Part shown: piece after piece, positions 1-9,917 of the stretch
Layout: every line of letters starts with the position of its first letter
How positions within the stretch are numbered: position 1 is the stretch's first letter
Source of the DNA: Solibacillus sp.
GTDB taxonomy: Bacteria > Bacillota > Bacilli > Bacillales_A > Planococcaceae
DNA length: 64,000 nt
Direction: 5' to 3'
Assembly: GCA_045640265.1 (NCBI GenBank)
Contig: JAZUES010000123.1
Span: 1,873-65,872 of the forward strand
Position numbers and translations under genes: made by a program
Notes under the pieces: model-generated
What the model saw: the letters and a program-made list of their open reading frames with translations, nothing else
The model's database searches: none
Told to the model about the DNA's origin: nothing

Positions 1-849
1 AATGGAAGGTTTAATTAAGCGTTTATAGCTATCAGCAATCGCTAACTTTACTTCTTCAACCGATGGCCCAACAAAGTTCCTTGGAATAAAATGATTTTCC
101 ATTTGCATCATTGCTTTATCTACAGGCACGTCAATTGATACACGTAAAATATCTTCCTTTTCTCCTCGATTTACCGCTAATGTACGGTGTGGTGCCATGC
201 GGTGTACAGGTTCTTCGTATTCATAATACATTTCAAATACTTGTTTCTCGTCTTTTTCGGCATTTTTAACCGTTGTTACTAATTTTCCTTCACGCCAAGA
301 GAGAGTACGTAATTTTTCTCGCACAGTAGCATCATCTGCAAATCGTTCCGCTAAAATATCTCGTGCACCAGCAACTGCATCTTCAGCAGTTGCTACGCCC
401 TGTTCTTCATTAATAAATGGGATTGCTAATTGTTCAACAGGTTGTTTTGTATACTGTAAAAGTTGATTGGCTAACGGTTCTAAGCCACGTTCTTTTGCAA
501 TTGTTGCTTTCGTACGGCGTTTTTGCTTATATGGTCGATATAAGTCTTCGATACGTTGTAGCACTGTAGCTGCTTGAATTGCAGTAGTCAGTTCCTCTGT
601 TAACTTTCCTTGCTCCTCAATTAAACGCAGAACCTCTTCTTTTCTTGTTTCTAGTTGTTGTATGTAGTGGTAACGATCTTCCACAGCCTTAATTTGTACT
701 TCATCAAGGGATCCCGTCATTTCCTTTCGGTAACGTGCAATGAATGGTACGGTATTACCTTCTTCTAAAAGTTGAATAACTGCTTGTACTTGTTTGGATT
801 GTACCTTAACATCTTTTGCTATCATTTGTAGCATTTGTTTTTGTTCCAT
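1..849 (-). CDS. tex: Tex family RNA-binding transcription accessory protein (5' part; runs off window start)
   Basis: Manual translation from ATG at 849: MEQKQMLQMIAKDV...LLEEGNTVPFIARYRKEMTGSLDEVQI...DLYRPYKQKRRTKATIAKERGLEPLA, the Tex N-terminal signature. It is downstream of sigB, like ydcI. Confidence 0.93.
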   Translation of the reverse strand, partial: MEQKQMLQMIAKDVKVQSKQVQAVIQLLEEGNTVPFIARYRKEMTGSLDEVQIKAVEDRYHYIQQLETRKEEVLRLIEEQGKLTEELTTAIQAATVLQRIEDLYRPYKQKRRTKATIAKERGLEPLANQLLQYTKQPVEQLAIPFINEEQGVATAEDAVAGARDILAERFADDATVREKLRTLSWREGKLVTTVKNAEKDEKQVFEMYYEYEEPVHRMAPHRTLAVNRGEKEDILRVSIDVPVDKAMMQMENHFIPRNFVGPSVEEVKLAIADSYKRLIKPSI

Positions 850-931
850 CGTGCCACCCCTTTTAATTTACTACTTCATAGTTTACCACTATCATTCTTT
901 AGCTTCTCTTGAAAACCCGCACTTTTTTCAT

Positions 932-960
932 AAAAAAGAGCCCACATATTTAGTAGACTC
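932..960 (-). terminator. Intrinsic terminator after sigB
   Basis: Minus strand GAGTCTAC-taaatat-GTGGGCTC-TTTTTT just after the sigB stop. Confidence 0.7.
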
Positions 961-966
961 AAATGA

Positions 967-1752
967 TTATAGTGGAACACTGTTACTCACAATAATTGCA
1001 TCTTGTAATTTCTTTATCGCTTTACGTTGAATACGAGATACGTGCATTTGAGAAATTCCAAGTCGTTCTCCAGCTTCTTTCTGGCTCAACTGTTCTAAAT
1101 AAGTTAATTGAATAGTTTGGCGTTCACGTTCATTTAAAATACTCATTGCATTAGCAACAACCATACTACGATTTGATGCCTCAAAGCCGTCATCTTCTTT
1201 TCCGACTACATCCAATAATGTTACCGTGCTGCCATCTGAATCAGACTCAATCGAATGATCCATTGATAACGCTTGATAACTCCGTCCCATTTCCATCGCT
1301 TCCAGTACTTCTTCATCCAGTACTTCTAAGTAACTAGCAATTTCACTAATGGATGGTACGCGTTGTAATTCAGTAGTTATTGCTTCAACTGCTGCCTTAA
1401 TTCGTGGCCCTAGCTCTTTAATGCGTCTTGGAACATGTACATCCCATGTTTTATCACGTAAAAAACGTTTGATTTCCCCAACGATTGTTGGGACTGCAAA
1501 TGCTTCAAAACTTCTTCCAAAAGAAGTGTCAAATCGTCGAATCGCGCCTAATAATCCAAGCATTCCTACTTGTACAATATCATCGTAATAAGATTTACCA
1601 TGTGAATATTTGCGAGCAATTGACTCAACTAACTGTTGGTAATGCAAAACTAAATTTGTTTGAGCTTCGTCACTTTCATGCTCTTGATATTCTGCAATCC
1701 AGTTTAATACTTCTTCTTTTGATGAATTTTTAGGTAGTGATTCTTTCGACAT
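967..1752 (-). CDS. sigB: RNA polymerase sigma factor SigB
   Basis: Regions 2-4 motifs (DIVQVGMLGLLGAIRRFD, FAVPTIVGEIKRFLRDKTW, GISQMHVSR); overlaps the rsbW end. Confidence 0.97.
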   Translation of the reverse strand: MSKESLPKNSSKEEVLNWIAEYQEHESDEAQTNLVLHYQQLVESIARKYSHGKSYYDDIVQVGMLGLLGAIRRFDTSFGRSFEAFAVPTIVGEIKRFLRDKTWDVHVPRRIKELGPRIKAAVEAITTELQRVPSISEIASYLEVLDEEVLEAMEMGRSYQALSMDHSIESDSDGSTVTLLDVVGKEDDGFEASNRSMVVANAMSILNERERQTIQLTYLEQLSQKEAGERLGISQMHVSRIQRKAIKKLQDAIIVSNSVPL

Positions 1753-2203
1753 TCCCCTTCACCTGCTCTCTCGAGACATACTTAGTCATGAAAACAGTCA
1801 CACCGCCTTCATTATTCAACTTCACTTCATCCATTAATGTTTCCATCAAGTAAAGTCCCAGTCCACCTTCACGTAATAATGCGACATTTTCATCTTCATG
1901 ATATGGACCTATTTTTGATTTAACTTCTTCAAAGTTGAAGCTTACGCCATAGTCAGCTACCATAATTTCAATTTTGTCATCGTATAACGCACAACCAATC
2001 ACGACTTCACCTTCATCATTTTCTCTATAAGCATGATGAACAACATTCGTAACTGCTTCACTCGTCGCAATTTTTAAATCTTCAATCTCATCATACGTAA
2101 ACCCAACACGTACACCTAAACCTGAAACCATTAAACGGATTACACTCACATATTGAGGCTTTGCAGGAACCCGAATTTCGATATAATCAAATGCTTTCAT
2201 CAT
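1730..2203 (-). CDS. rsbW: Anti-sigma-B factor / serine kinase RsbW
   Basis: DYIEIRVPAKPQYV, IEDLKIATSEAVTNVVHHAY, EGGLGLYLMETLMDEV. Confidence 0.96.
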   Translation of the reverse strand: MMKAFDYIEIRVPAKPQYVSVIRLMVSGLGVRVGFTYDEIEDLKIATSEAVTNVVHHAYRENDEGEVVIGCALYDDKIEIMVADYGVSFNFEEVKSKIGPYHEDENVALLREGGLGLYLMETLMDEVKLNNEGGVTVFMTKYVSREQVKGNVERITT

Positions 2204-2532
2204 TTCAACTCCAACTCTTCATCGGTCTCAATGCTTATCAATTCACTCAAGCCTGTAATTTTAAATAATCTTACTAGACGATTAGATAAGCCTACTAATT
2301 TTAATGGGGCATTTTCTCGTACAGCTTTTTTATAAAAAGCAACAAAGATTCCTAAACCAGTACTGTCCATGTAATTGACTTTCGATAGATCCAATTCAAT
2401 CATTCGACCTTCTACTAGATGCACTGTTTCTAATTCTTCTCGTAAAACCGGCGCAGTAAATGTATCAATTTCACCTTCAATATAACCTCTCAATACATTG
2501 TCGTCTTCTCTAAATTGCACATTAACATTCAT
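2200..2532 (-). CDS. rsbV: Anti-anti-sigma factor RsbV (STAS)
   Basis: GEIDTFTAPVLRE and YMDSTGLG phospho-acceptor motif. Confidence 0.96.
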   Translation of the reverse strand: MNVNVQFREDDNVLRGYIEGEIDTFTAPVLREELETVHLVEGRMIELDLSKVNYMDSTGLGIFVAFYKKAVRENAPLKLVGLSNRLVRLFKITGLSELISIETDEELELK

Positions 2533-2562
2533 TATCAGACACCTCCATCTATAAACTCACTT

Positions 2563-2589
2563 TTTCCCCTAATCCGCATAGTAATAAAC
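2563..2589 (-). promoter_or_regulatory. SigB-dependent autoregulatory promoter of rsbV-rsbW-sigB
   Basis: Minus strand GTTTAT-N14-GGGGAA(A) between rsbU and rsbV, the same position as the internal SigB promoter of B. subtilis. Confidence 0.8.
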
Positions 2590-2601
2590 CAAAAATTCAA
2601 A

Positions 2602-3606
2602 TTATTTTTTAAATATAACTACCGTAAAATCATCCTCTAAATCAAAGTCAGGCAATGCCTTTAAATAAGCATATATTTCTTCACACATTTCTTGCGCACT
2701 TAAATGACTATAGCTTAATGATAAATTTTTAATAATGTCGCGTGGATCTAACTCTCCTTGCTTTCTGAAATCTGTTACACCATCTGTAACCATTAAAATA
2801 AAGTCATTTTCCTCAAGTTTGATTTCGTATTGTGGGTATTTCACTTTTGGCATAATGCCCAATAATAAGCCTTTTGACTCTAAATCATAATATGTATGCT
2901 CACGTGCACAATAATAAATTGCTGGCTCGTGTCCAGCTGAACCATATGTGAATACACTATTCCTAATATCATACGTCCCATAAAACATGGAAACGAACAT
3001 GCTATCATCGACACTTTTTTCGATAATACGATTTAATACTTCTAAGACGTACGATGGACTGTTATTTGCATATTCCAACGTATCAAGACCATATTTCACC
3101 ATAGACATACAAATGGCCGCTGGTAATCCTTTTCCAACAACATCCGTTACAGCTACACTTACGTAATGTTGTTCATCATTTAGGAAATGAACATAATCCC
3201 CATTCATTTTTCGAATTGGAATCGATATCATACCCACATCCACTTCACTAACTTTTGGCACAGTTGTTTTTAACAGCATATTCTGAATTTTTGTTGCAAC
3301 ATTCATTTCAATACGTAATTCTTCTTGCTGCTCTAATAAACTTTGGTGTTCTTTAACGGTTAGACCGAAATGAACCATTATTTCAATTAAAAAATCATAG
3401 CTATGTAAAATTTCAGGTTGCACATCCGGATATATTTGTTCAATTGCGTACTTATGAATACTAATAACTTCTTCTGGAGTTACCTTTTTCTGAATCAATT
3501 GGCGAATAAAGTTTTGTCCTATATATAAATTTCGCTCTGTTTGATTCTCTATATATTGAGATAAAATTTTTTTGTATTGAATTTGTAGTTCTTTCAATTC
3601 ATTCAC
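2602..3606 (-). CDS. rsbU: PP2C phosphatase RsbU
   Basis: RsbU N-terminal domain (YKKIL..Y, PEEVISIH) plus SpoIIE/PP2C domain (MNGDY, DVVGKG, SAGHEP, TDGVTD, DDFT). Confidence 0.95.
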   Translation of the reverse strand: MNELKELQIQYKKILSQYIENQTERNLYIGQNFIRQLIQKKVTPEEVISIHKYAIEQIYPDVQPEILHSYDFLIEIMVHFGLTVKEHQSLLEQQEELRIEMNVATKIQNMLLKTTVPKVSEVDVGMISIPIRKMNGDYVHFLNDEQHYVSVAVTDVVGKGLPAAICMSMVKYGLDTLEYANNSPSYVLEVLNRIIEKSVDDSMFVSMFYGTYDIRNSVFTYGSAGHEPAIYYCAREHTYYDLESKGLLLGIMPKVKYPQYEIKLEENDFILMVTDGVTDFRKQGELDPRDIIKNLSLSYSHLSAQEMCEEIYAYLKALPDFDLEDDFTVVIFKK

Positions 3607-3612
3607 ATCCTA

Positions 3613-4011
3613 CTAAATCCATTTTTCAACAATTACAACTGTTCCACTTTCTACTGAAGAGTGAATTTCCATTTCGTCCATTAATCTTTTGATACCAGGT
3701 AAACCTGTACCTAACCCCCCTGATGTTGAGAAGCCATCTTCCATTACCTTTTTCAGATTGCTAATTCCAGGACCTTTATCCGTTGCTGTAATTCGTATAC
3801 CACTTTTACCATTTTCATGTATACGTTCCATCGTTACTTCCCCAACTCGAGCATATAAATATATATTTCTTGCGAGTTCACTTATCACCGTCGTAATTCG
3901 AGCTTGGTCTACCGTGCCAAACCCAATAACTTTCGCTTCATTACGTCCTAATTGGCGTGCAGCTACAATATCCCATTCTGTTATAATTTCTACGGTAGAT
4001 TTCGTATTCAT
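3613..4011 (-). CDS. rsbT: Switch kinase RsbT
   Basis: EWDIVAARQLGR, VDQARITTVISELARNIYLYA, DKGPGI, DGFSTSGGLG. Confidence 0.95.
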   Translation of the reverse strand: MNTKSTVEIITEWDIVAARQLGRNEAKVIGFGTVDQARITTVISELARNIYLYARVGEVTMERIHENGKSGIRITATDKGPGISNLKKVMEDGFSTSGGLGTGLPGIKRLMDEMEIHSSVESGTVVIVEKWI

Positions 4012-4252
4012 TATAGCGCCCCCATCTTTATGAATAAGTTGTAATAAAAACGTACAACAAAACTATCTAATCTTATTTTTCTCTATAAATTATATTATCT
4101 TCTGAATAAATACCCAAAAATCCTTCTAATTGGTAAATGAATATCCTTCAATTATTGTAATTCAATACCAATTTATTTACACGAATAAGCAATCATAAAG
4201 TAAAATTATTTTGAAATCCATTAAGGTTTTTATCGTTTTTTCAATAGATGCG

Positions 4253-4285
4253 AAAAAACATCGAAATAAATTATTTCGATGTTTT
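4253..4285 (-). terminator. Intrinsic terminator after ndoA
   Basis: Inverted repeat aaaacatcgaaataa / ttatttcgatgtttt with a T-run on the minus strand. Confidence 0.75.
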
Positions 4286-4293
4286 CCTATGTA

Positions 4294-4644
4294 TTAAAAT
4301 TTAACAAGCCCTAAACTAATGCCAAGTGCAATATCGACTTCTTGCATTAATTTTGCATCTAGCTGTGTAATCCGATCTGTTAATCGTGATTTATCAATTG
4401 TACGCAATTGTTCAAGCAAAATTACTGAATCACGTTCGAAACCATACTTTTTAGCATCGATTTCGATATGTGTTGGTAACTTTGCTTTTTGAATTTGCGC
4501 TGTAATTGCAGCAATGATAACTGTAGGACTAAAACGATTTCCGATATCATTTTGAATTATAAGAACAGGTCTAGTACCACCCTGTTCAGAACCTATAACA
4601 GGTGATAGGTCAGCAAAAAAAACGTCTCCACGCTTTACAATCAA
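4294..4644 (-). CDS. ndoA: MazF/PemK family mRNA interferase EndoA
   Basis: [43 protein letters not shown] closely matches Bacillus MazF. Confidence 0.97.
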   Translation of the reverse strand: MIVKRGDVFFADLSPVIGSEQGGTRPVLIIQNDIGNRFSPTVIIAAITAQIQKAKLPTHIEIDAKKYGFERDSVILLEQLRTIDKSRLTDRITQLDAKLMQEVDIALGISLGLVKF

Positions 4645-4648
4645 GTTG

Positions 4649-4942
4649 TCATCCTCCGCTTACGAGACGCTCCACCATATGTTCCGCTTCATATTCTGCA
4701 TGCAAGCACTCACTGCAAATTGTCAGATTAATTTGCGACATTTCCACATAGCCTTTCATTAAAGCTTCCCGTATTTGATTTGGTTGCATATGCTTTGTAT
4801 ATTCTCGAGCAGCTAAGTACGTAATATTTCCATTACCTCTCGTACTTGGTCCAAATTTTCTTTCCATTTGTGCCATTAATTCATTTGGTAACTCGACAAC
4901 TATTACTTCATCATCTAAAATTTCTAATTCTTTTACGTACAA
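4649..4942 (-). CDS. ndoAI: Antitoxin EndoAI (MazE); probable TTG start at 4942
   Basis: C-terminus [10 protein letters not shown]...[16 protein letters not shown] matches EndoAI; RBS GGAGGTG precedes the TTG; lies between alr and ndoA. Confidence 0.85.
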   Translation of the reverse strand: MYVKELEILDDEVIVVELPNELMAQMERKFGPSTRGNGNITYLAAREYTKHMQPNQIREALMKGYVEMSQINLTICSECLHAEYEAEHMVERLVSGG

Positions 4943-5101
4943 AACAAGCACCTCCAACGAACATCCCATTTCCACTTCATTTTAACATTGATATATAGTA
5001 ATGAAAAGACAAGAAATTAAAAAAACTGACAATTTCCGCTATGAAATGTAGAATATCGTAGAATCACTTGTAATGTTGTGACTTTTTGTCTATAAGCAAA
5101 A

Positions 5102-6223
5102 CTATTCGTTATATAACCTTGGTACACGAGAGGTAATTACACATGGCACTTCATAATTAATCGTTTCTAATTTTGTCGCCCAATCATCAAGTGTAATTTC
5201 ATCATCGAATTGACGACCAATTAACACAACACGTTCTCCAATATTATATGCCTTTGACAATAAAATCATACTTTGATCCATACAAATTCTGCCGATAATT
5301 TGTGCACGTTCCCCGTTTACTAATACTTCTTGACCGCTAAGTTTGCGAATCATACCATCTGCATAACCGATTGGAATGGTTCCGACATAACAATCTTGTT
5401 GTGCAGTAAAGGTTGCACCATACCCTACCGATTGCCCTGCTTTCAACTCTTTCACATGGACTAATTCTGTTTCTAAAGAAAACGCAGGCTTCAATGAAAA
5501 TGGAAGTAGTTTTCCAACGTAAGCAGATGGCACTAACCCATACATCGAAATCCCGTATCGAACCGCATCAAATTGCAAAGATAAATCCTTAACTAATGCT
5601 GTTGCCGTATTCGCCACATGGACAAGTCTTGGCTTTATAGGTAGGCTCTCAAGTAATTCCTTGAATATATATACTTGCTTATCAAAGTACAATGTATCTT
5701 CTTCATCAGCCGTAGCAAAGTGTGTGAAAATACCATCTATAATGAATTCATTCGTATTTGAAAGTGCTTCATAGACGTCAAGTAGTTCATCCTTTGTCGT
5801 TACGCCGATACGGCCCATCCCTGAATCAATTTTCAAGTGAACTTTCACTTGTTTTGAATTAGGTATTAAGGATTTTGCTTGCTCTACCCACTCAGTTGAA
5901 AAAACAGTAAGAGAAATATTTTCCTCGGCAGCATAACCAATAAAAGAAAGAGGTGTTGCTCCTAATACTAAAATATCGATTTCTTTGAAATGTGCTCTTA
6001 TATGTACTGCTTCATCTGGTGTTGCTACTGCTAGCATCGTTGCTCCTGCTTCAATAGCTGCTTCTACTACTTTTATATCCCCATGTCCATACGCATTGGC
6101 TTTTACTACTGCGATAATTTGGACATTTTTTTGAAGATGGTTGCGTAGTGAAATGATGTTATGTTTTATCGCTTTTAAATCTATTACAGCTTTTGTTGGT
6201 CGGTAGTTTGTATGATTCTCCAT
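5102..6223 (-). CDS. alr: Alanine racemase
   Basis: AVVKANAYGHG PLP lysine motif, HLKIDSGMGRIG, GRICMDQ. Confidence 0.97.
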   Translation of the reverse strand: MENHTNYRPTKAVIDLKAIKHNIISLRNHLQKNVQIIAVVKANAYGHGDIKVVEAAIEAGATMLAVATPDEAVHIRAHFKEIDILVLGATPLSFIGYAAEENISLTVFSTEWVEQAKSLIPNSKQVKVHLKIDSGMGRIGVTTKDELLDVYEALSNTNEFIIDGIFTHFATADEEDTLYFDKQVYIFKELLESLPIKPRLVHVANTATALVKDLSLQFDAVRYGISMYGLVPSAYVGKLLPFSLKPAFSLETELVHVKELKAGQSVGYGATFTAQQDCYVGTIPIGYADGMIRKLSGQEVLVNGERAQIIGRICMDQSMILLSKAYNIGERVVLIGRQFDDEITLDDWATKLETINYEVPCVITSRVPRLYNE

Positions 6224-6268
6224 GTTTTGTTACCCTCTTCTTTTTATTTTAAAACCCAAAATTATAAA

Positions 6269-7270
6269 TTACTTCATACTACTTTCTTGTACGCTCGCAG
6301 CAACTTCCATTAACTCTTCTCTAGACAAGGTCGTTGATGCAACAAAAAAGGACATACCATCTTGATCCCATTGAATAGAATGATTTGTTAATGCACCAAT
6401 CGTGAAACCTAAATCTGCGGGGTCACCTGGTGAAAAAACAGGTAATGTCATTTCATCGTACGTAATCGGTTGCTGCATAAACGTAAATGGTTTTTCACCC
6501 TCATACGTTAAAATCACGCGGTTCTTACCATTTTCTTGTACTTCAAATTCATCTGTTAGCTTTGTATGCGCCCAGTCAATCGTAGGGTAGAATGTTTTAA
6601 ACTCTGTGTTTTCGATATCGGCACTTGTTGTTTTCTTTTCTTCATCATCTGAAAATTTTTCTACAGCATATTCTGTTGCCTTATGTTGAACGCCTAATTT
6701 AATTTCTTTAAAGGTAATAATAATTTGTTCAGTAAGAGATTCGTCAAGTACACTCACTTTTGTTGGCAGCATCGTTTTTTTATTAATAGCAATTTGTTGT
6801 ACTGGTAACGCTGTTCTTTCTACATTACGCGTTGCTAATTCAAATAGATAGTTTTCTTCATCTTCTGACATGACAGCTGCATTATCTGCTAATAAGTCTT
6901 CTGCTAAAGCGCCAATTAAATACGCTTGGCTATTTTGTTTTGGCCAGTCACTTTGGAATTTATGCGTTTTTCTTAATGCTGGTGTGACAACAAATACCCC
7001 TTCTTCATTGCGAACAATCATTTGTTTCTCTTCATCGCCTTGTGTGTTAACTGTAACACGATAAAAATCAGGCTTTGTATGCCATACATTGACGTCATAC
7101 ATTCGTGGTTCTGTACCTGTTCGAACTTCCATCGTTGCACTTAGTTCATAGCCCTTCGCTTCACTCCACTTTTCACTTACTTCCTGAACAACTTCTTTTT
7201 GTGTGGCCTTTCCGCAAGCAACTAACAATAAGCAACAAGCTACTACTACAATCAGCATTCGGATTTTCAA
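6269..7270 (-). CDS. ydcC: LolA-fold lipoprotein (sporulation protein YdcC-like)
   Basis: Lipobox LVAC; FQSDWPKQNSQAYL motif; conserved acpS-ydcC-alr order. Confidence 0.85.
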   Translation of the reverse strand: MKIRMLIVVVACCLLLVACGKATQKEVVQEVSEKWSEAKGYELSATMEVRTGTEPRMYDVNVWHTKPDFYRVTVNTQGDEEKQMIVRNEEGVFVVTPALRKTHKFQSDWPKQNSQAYLIGALAEDLLADNAAVMSEDEENYLFELATRNVERTALPVQQIAINKKTMLPTKVSVLDESLTEQIIITFKEIKLGVQHKATEYAVEKFSDDEEKKTTSADIENTEFKTFYPTIDWAHTKLTDEFEVQENGKNRVILTYEGEKPFTFMQQPITYDEMTLPVFSPGDPADLGFTIGALTNHSIQWDQDGMSFFVASTTLSREELMEVAASVQESSMK

Positions 7271-7306
7271 TGTTTCATCCTTTCTTTTTGTCCAATCAGA
7301 TAAAAT

Positions 7307-7335
7307 AACATATGAAAAACTTTCGACATGTATGT
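7307..7335 (-). promoter_or_regulatory. Possible SigE promoter of ydcC
   Basis: Minus strand ACATACA-N14-CATATGTT; ydcC is SigE-controlled in B. subtilis. Confidence 0.45.
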
Positions 7336-7336
7336 A

Positions 7337-7690
7337 TTAGCTCATTAAGATTACTTGTGCAGCTGCCGTAATACGTGTGTGTGTAATCGAAATAAAACCA
7401 TTTACAAGTGTTCCATCAAAATAAAGAATAGGTTTTCCACCTTCATCTTTTAAAATTTCAATTTGATGCAACTCACAACCTTTTCCAATGCCCGTACCGT
7501 TTGCCTTTGAATACGCTTCTTTTGCAGCAAAACGTCCTGCTAAAAATTCCACCTTTCTTGACTCTGAAAGTGTTTCAAAAATAGCGAGCTCGCGTTTCGT
7601 TAAAATTCTTTGCTGAAATGTTTCTGATCGCTTTATCATTTTTTCTATTCGATCTAATTCGACTAAATCTAGTCCGATTCCTTTAATCAT
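7337..7690 (-). CDS. acpS: Holo-ACP synthase
   Basis: GIGLDLVE, FLAGRFAAKEAYSKA.GTG, SITH. Confidence 0.96.
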   Translation of the reverse strand: MIKGIGLDLVELDRIEKMIKRSETFQQRILTKRELAIFETLSESRKVEFLAGRFAAKEAYSKANGTGIGKGCELHQIEILKDEGGKPILYFDGTLVNGFISITHTRITAAAQVILMS

Positions 7691-7784
7691 TTAGAGGCTC
7701 CTCCTTCCAATTGACTGTTATTCCAATGTATAATTAATAATAAATAGTGTTATATAGTTATATAAGACTTAATTGAGGTGAAAT

Positions 7785-8408
7785 ATGTTCATTCGTAGAG
7801 AAAATTTTAAACAATACATTACGTTATATCCAGTAGTATCGTCAATTATTGCGCTCAATCTTATTATTTACTTACTCACATTGATTCCTGGTTTTGGAGA
7901 AGAACTTATTTATGCTGGTATGAGTGTAAATGCATTAATCGCTGCTGGTGAATGGTGGCGTATTATTACATCGATGTTTATTCATGCTGGATTTACACAT
8001 GTGCTCTTTAATATGTTTTCCCTTTTTTTATTTGGACCTGAACTCGAAAAAATCGCAGGGAAAATGCGATTTTTAACGATTTACTTTTTAGCGGGGATCT
8101 TCGGAGAGGCAGCAACCTATCTGACACAAGATCCTTACTATGCAAGTGTTGGGGCCAGTGGTGCAATTTACGGTATTTTTGGTGCATTTGCTGCACTTGT
8201 TTACTATACACGTAACTTATTCCCACAGCTAAAACAAATTATCTTACCTTTAATCGTCATTAGTGTCATTATGTCCTTTGTCACACCAAATATTAATATT
8301 GCCGCGCACTTAGGTGGTCTCGTAGCAGGCTTTGTTTTAGGTATTGTTTATTTTAATCCCAAAAATATGCTGCGTTGGCGTAAAAAACAAATTAAACGTG
8401 TAAAATAA
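7785..8408 (+). CDS. Rhomboid intramembrane serine protease (YdcA-like)
   Basis: WWR, HxxxxHxxxN, GASG catalytic Ser, AHLGG catalytic His. Confidence 0.93.
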   Translation: MFIRRENFKQYITLYPVVSSIIALNLIIYLLTLIPGFGEELIYAGMSVNALIAAGEWWRIITSMFIHAGFTHVLFNMFSLFLFGPELEKIAGKMRFLTIYFLAGIFGEAATYLTQDPYYASVGASGAIYGIFGAFAALVYYTRNLFPQLKQIILPLIVISVIMSFVTPNINIAAHLGGLVAGFVLGIVYFNPKNMLRWRKKQIKRVK

Positions 8409-8410
8409 TG

Positions 8411-8446
8411 AAAGGACGGCTCTCATCATTTGAGAGCGGTCCTTTT
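8411..8446. terminator. Bidirectional terminator (rhomboid / ydbT)
   Basis: aaaggacggctctca-tcatt-tgagagcggtcctttt between convergent genes. Confidence 0.7.
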
Positions 8447-9917
8447 ATTGTTCATACCAATTAAAAATTTTTTCAACTTCTTGTTGATCAATATGACGGA
8501 CTGTCGCAGAAGCACCCATCATACCAGACATGACCACGATTTTCGCAGAACCAATTTGTTTTCGCTTTTGAAAATAGGTTTGGCTTCCTTTTGTTACTTG
8601 AATCCGATTTTTCATCGCAAAAAATGTAACACGACTGATGGAACGCGATACAATGGTTAACTGTTGACCATTCATCGAATAACCGGTCGTTTTAAACTGC
8701 CATTTGCCTAGCAATAAAATTAAAAATACTAGTAAGAGTGACAGTAGCCCATACGGATAAAAGAAATAAGATACAGCTGTAATCGTTGGGACTAACCATA
8801 GAAAATCAATACGATAGAAAAAAGATTGTGCCTTTTTTGGTGGTCGTACTACAGGTGCCATCGTAAATTCATAATCTAGGAAAAGGGTGCTTAACGGCTG
8901 TATGGCTTCTTTTTTTGAAATAAGTGGGAACAAAATAATTTTTTTGTCTGTTTCTCCACTAAAACTCCCCCCCGCACTTTCTACCGTGACTGATGCTAAA
9001 CCGAATAATTGTTGCAAAGGATTTTCGACAATTTTTATTGCCTGCACACGATGTAGCGGAATCGTCACACGCTTTTTTTCAATTAACCCCCGTGTAATAA
9101 TAAGACGATCTTGCTCCTTCGTTACAGTAAAATTATAATAATTTAAAAATGTAATTCCTACCGAAATAGTCCACGTTAACAGGAGCGCCATGGCAATTAA
9201 AACTGCGACTACAATAAAGCTATATTTCAATATAAATGCCATTTCATCATATATAAGATCAAATGGAATAAACTCTGCAAATTGCGAACCCACGGCAAAT
9301 ACCCCCGCTAATACAACGCCAACCCCACTTGAAGTTGTCGCTAGTAATAATAATTCAGGAATTTTCATTTTATGAATAATTGTAGAGGACACTTCCACTG
9401 TATTTTGCATTTGTGAATCATCTTCTACTACTTCTTCTTGTCGTTTCGCTCGCTTCATTTGAATTTCAATTTCAGCAGCTGCTTCTCTTGTTACAGCTGT
9501 CAGTTCTGCTTCAGGTTTTCCACTTTTGCTACCTGCTGTTTCAATTTGCACTTGAACTAACTTGAAGAAACGATGGAAAATCCCTTCTTTATAATTCAGA
9601 TTTTGAATTCTATCAAATGGAATGAATCGCTTCTTTTTTACAAACAGACCATATTCTACACGGATTTCACTATCTTCAAACCAATACGTAAAGGTTATCC
9701 ATTTAATTAAACCACTGACCATGGTCCAAAATACCACAATCACTAGAATGAATAGCGGAACCATCTCGCTAAAAAAATTTTCATCTTTATAATCAAAGTT
9801 CAAATTAAAGCCATTTGCTACTAATATAATAATGATTGGAAAAAGCAGATCCTTTAACGCCTTGATTACGTTAATAATTGCGGTAACCGGATGAAGTTTC
9901 CTTTTTTCATTAGACAT
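8445..9917 (-). CDS. ydbT: Membrane protein with bacterial PH (bPH_2) domains, YdbT-like
   Basis: LHP N-terminus, repeated GL..K...IP..RIQ / ETAG and ESAG motifs, TM segments; downstream of ydbS. Confidence 0.88.
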   Translation of the reverse strand: MSNEKRKLHPVTAIINVIKALKDLLFPIIIILVANGFNLNFDYKDENFFSEMVPLFILVIVVFWTMVSGLIKWITFTYWFEDSEIRVEYGLFVKKKRFIPFDRIQNLNYKEGIFHRFFKLVQVQIETAGSKSGKPEAELTAVTREAAAEIEIQMKRAKRQEEVVEDDSQMQNTVEVSSTIIHKMKIPELLLLATTSSGVGVVLAGVFAVGSQFAEFIPFDLIYDEMAFILKYSFIVVAVLIAMALLLTWTISVGITFLNYYNFTVTKEQDRLIITRGLIEKKRVTIPLHRVQAIKIVENPLQQLFGLASVTVESAGGSFSGETDKKIILFPLISKKEAIQPLSTLFLDYEFTMAPVVRPPKKAQSFFYRIDFLWLVPTITAVSYFFYPYGLLSLLLVFLILLLGKWQFKTTGYSMNGQQLTIVSRSISRVTFFAMKNRIQVTKGSQTYFQKRKQIGSAKIVVMSGMMGASATVRHIDQQEVEKIFNWYEQ

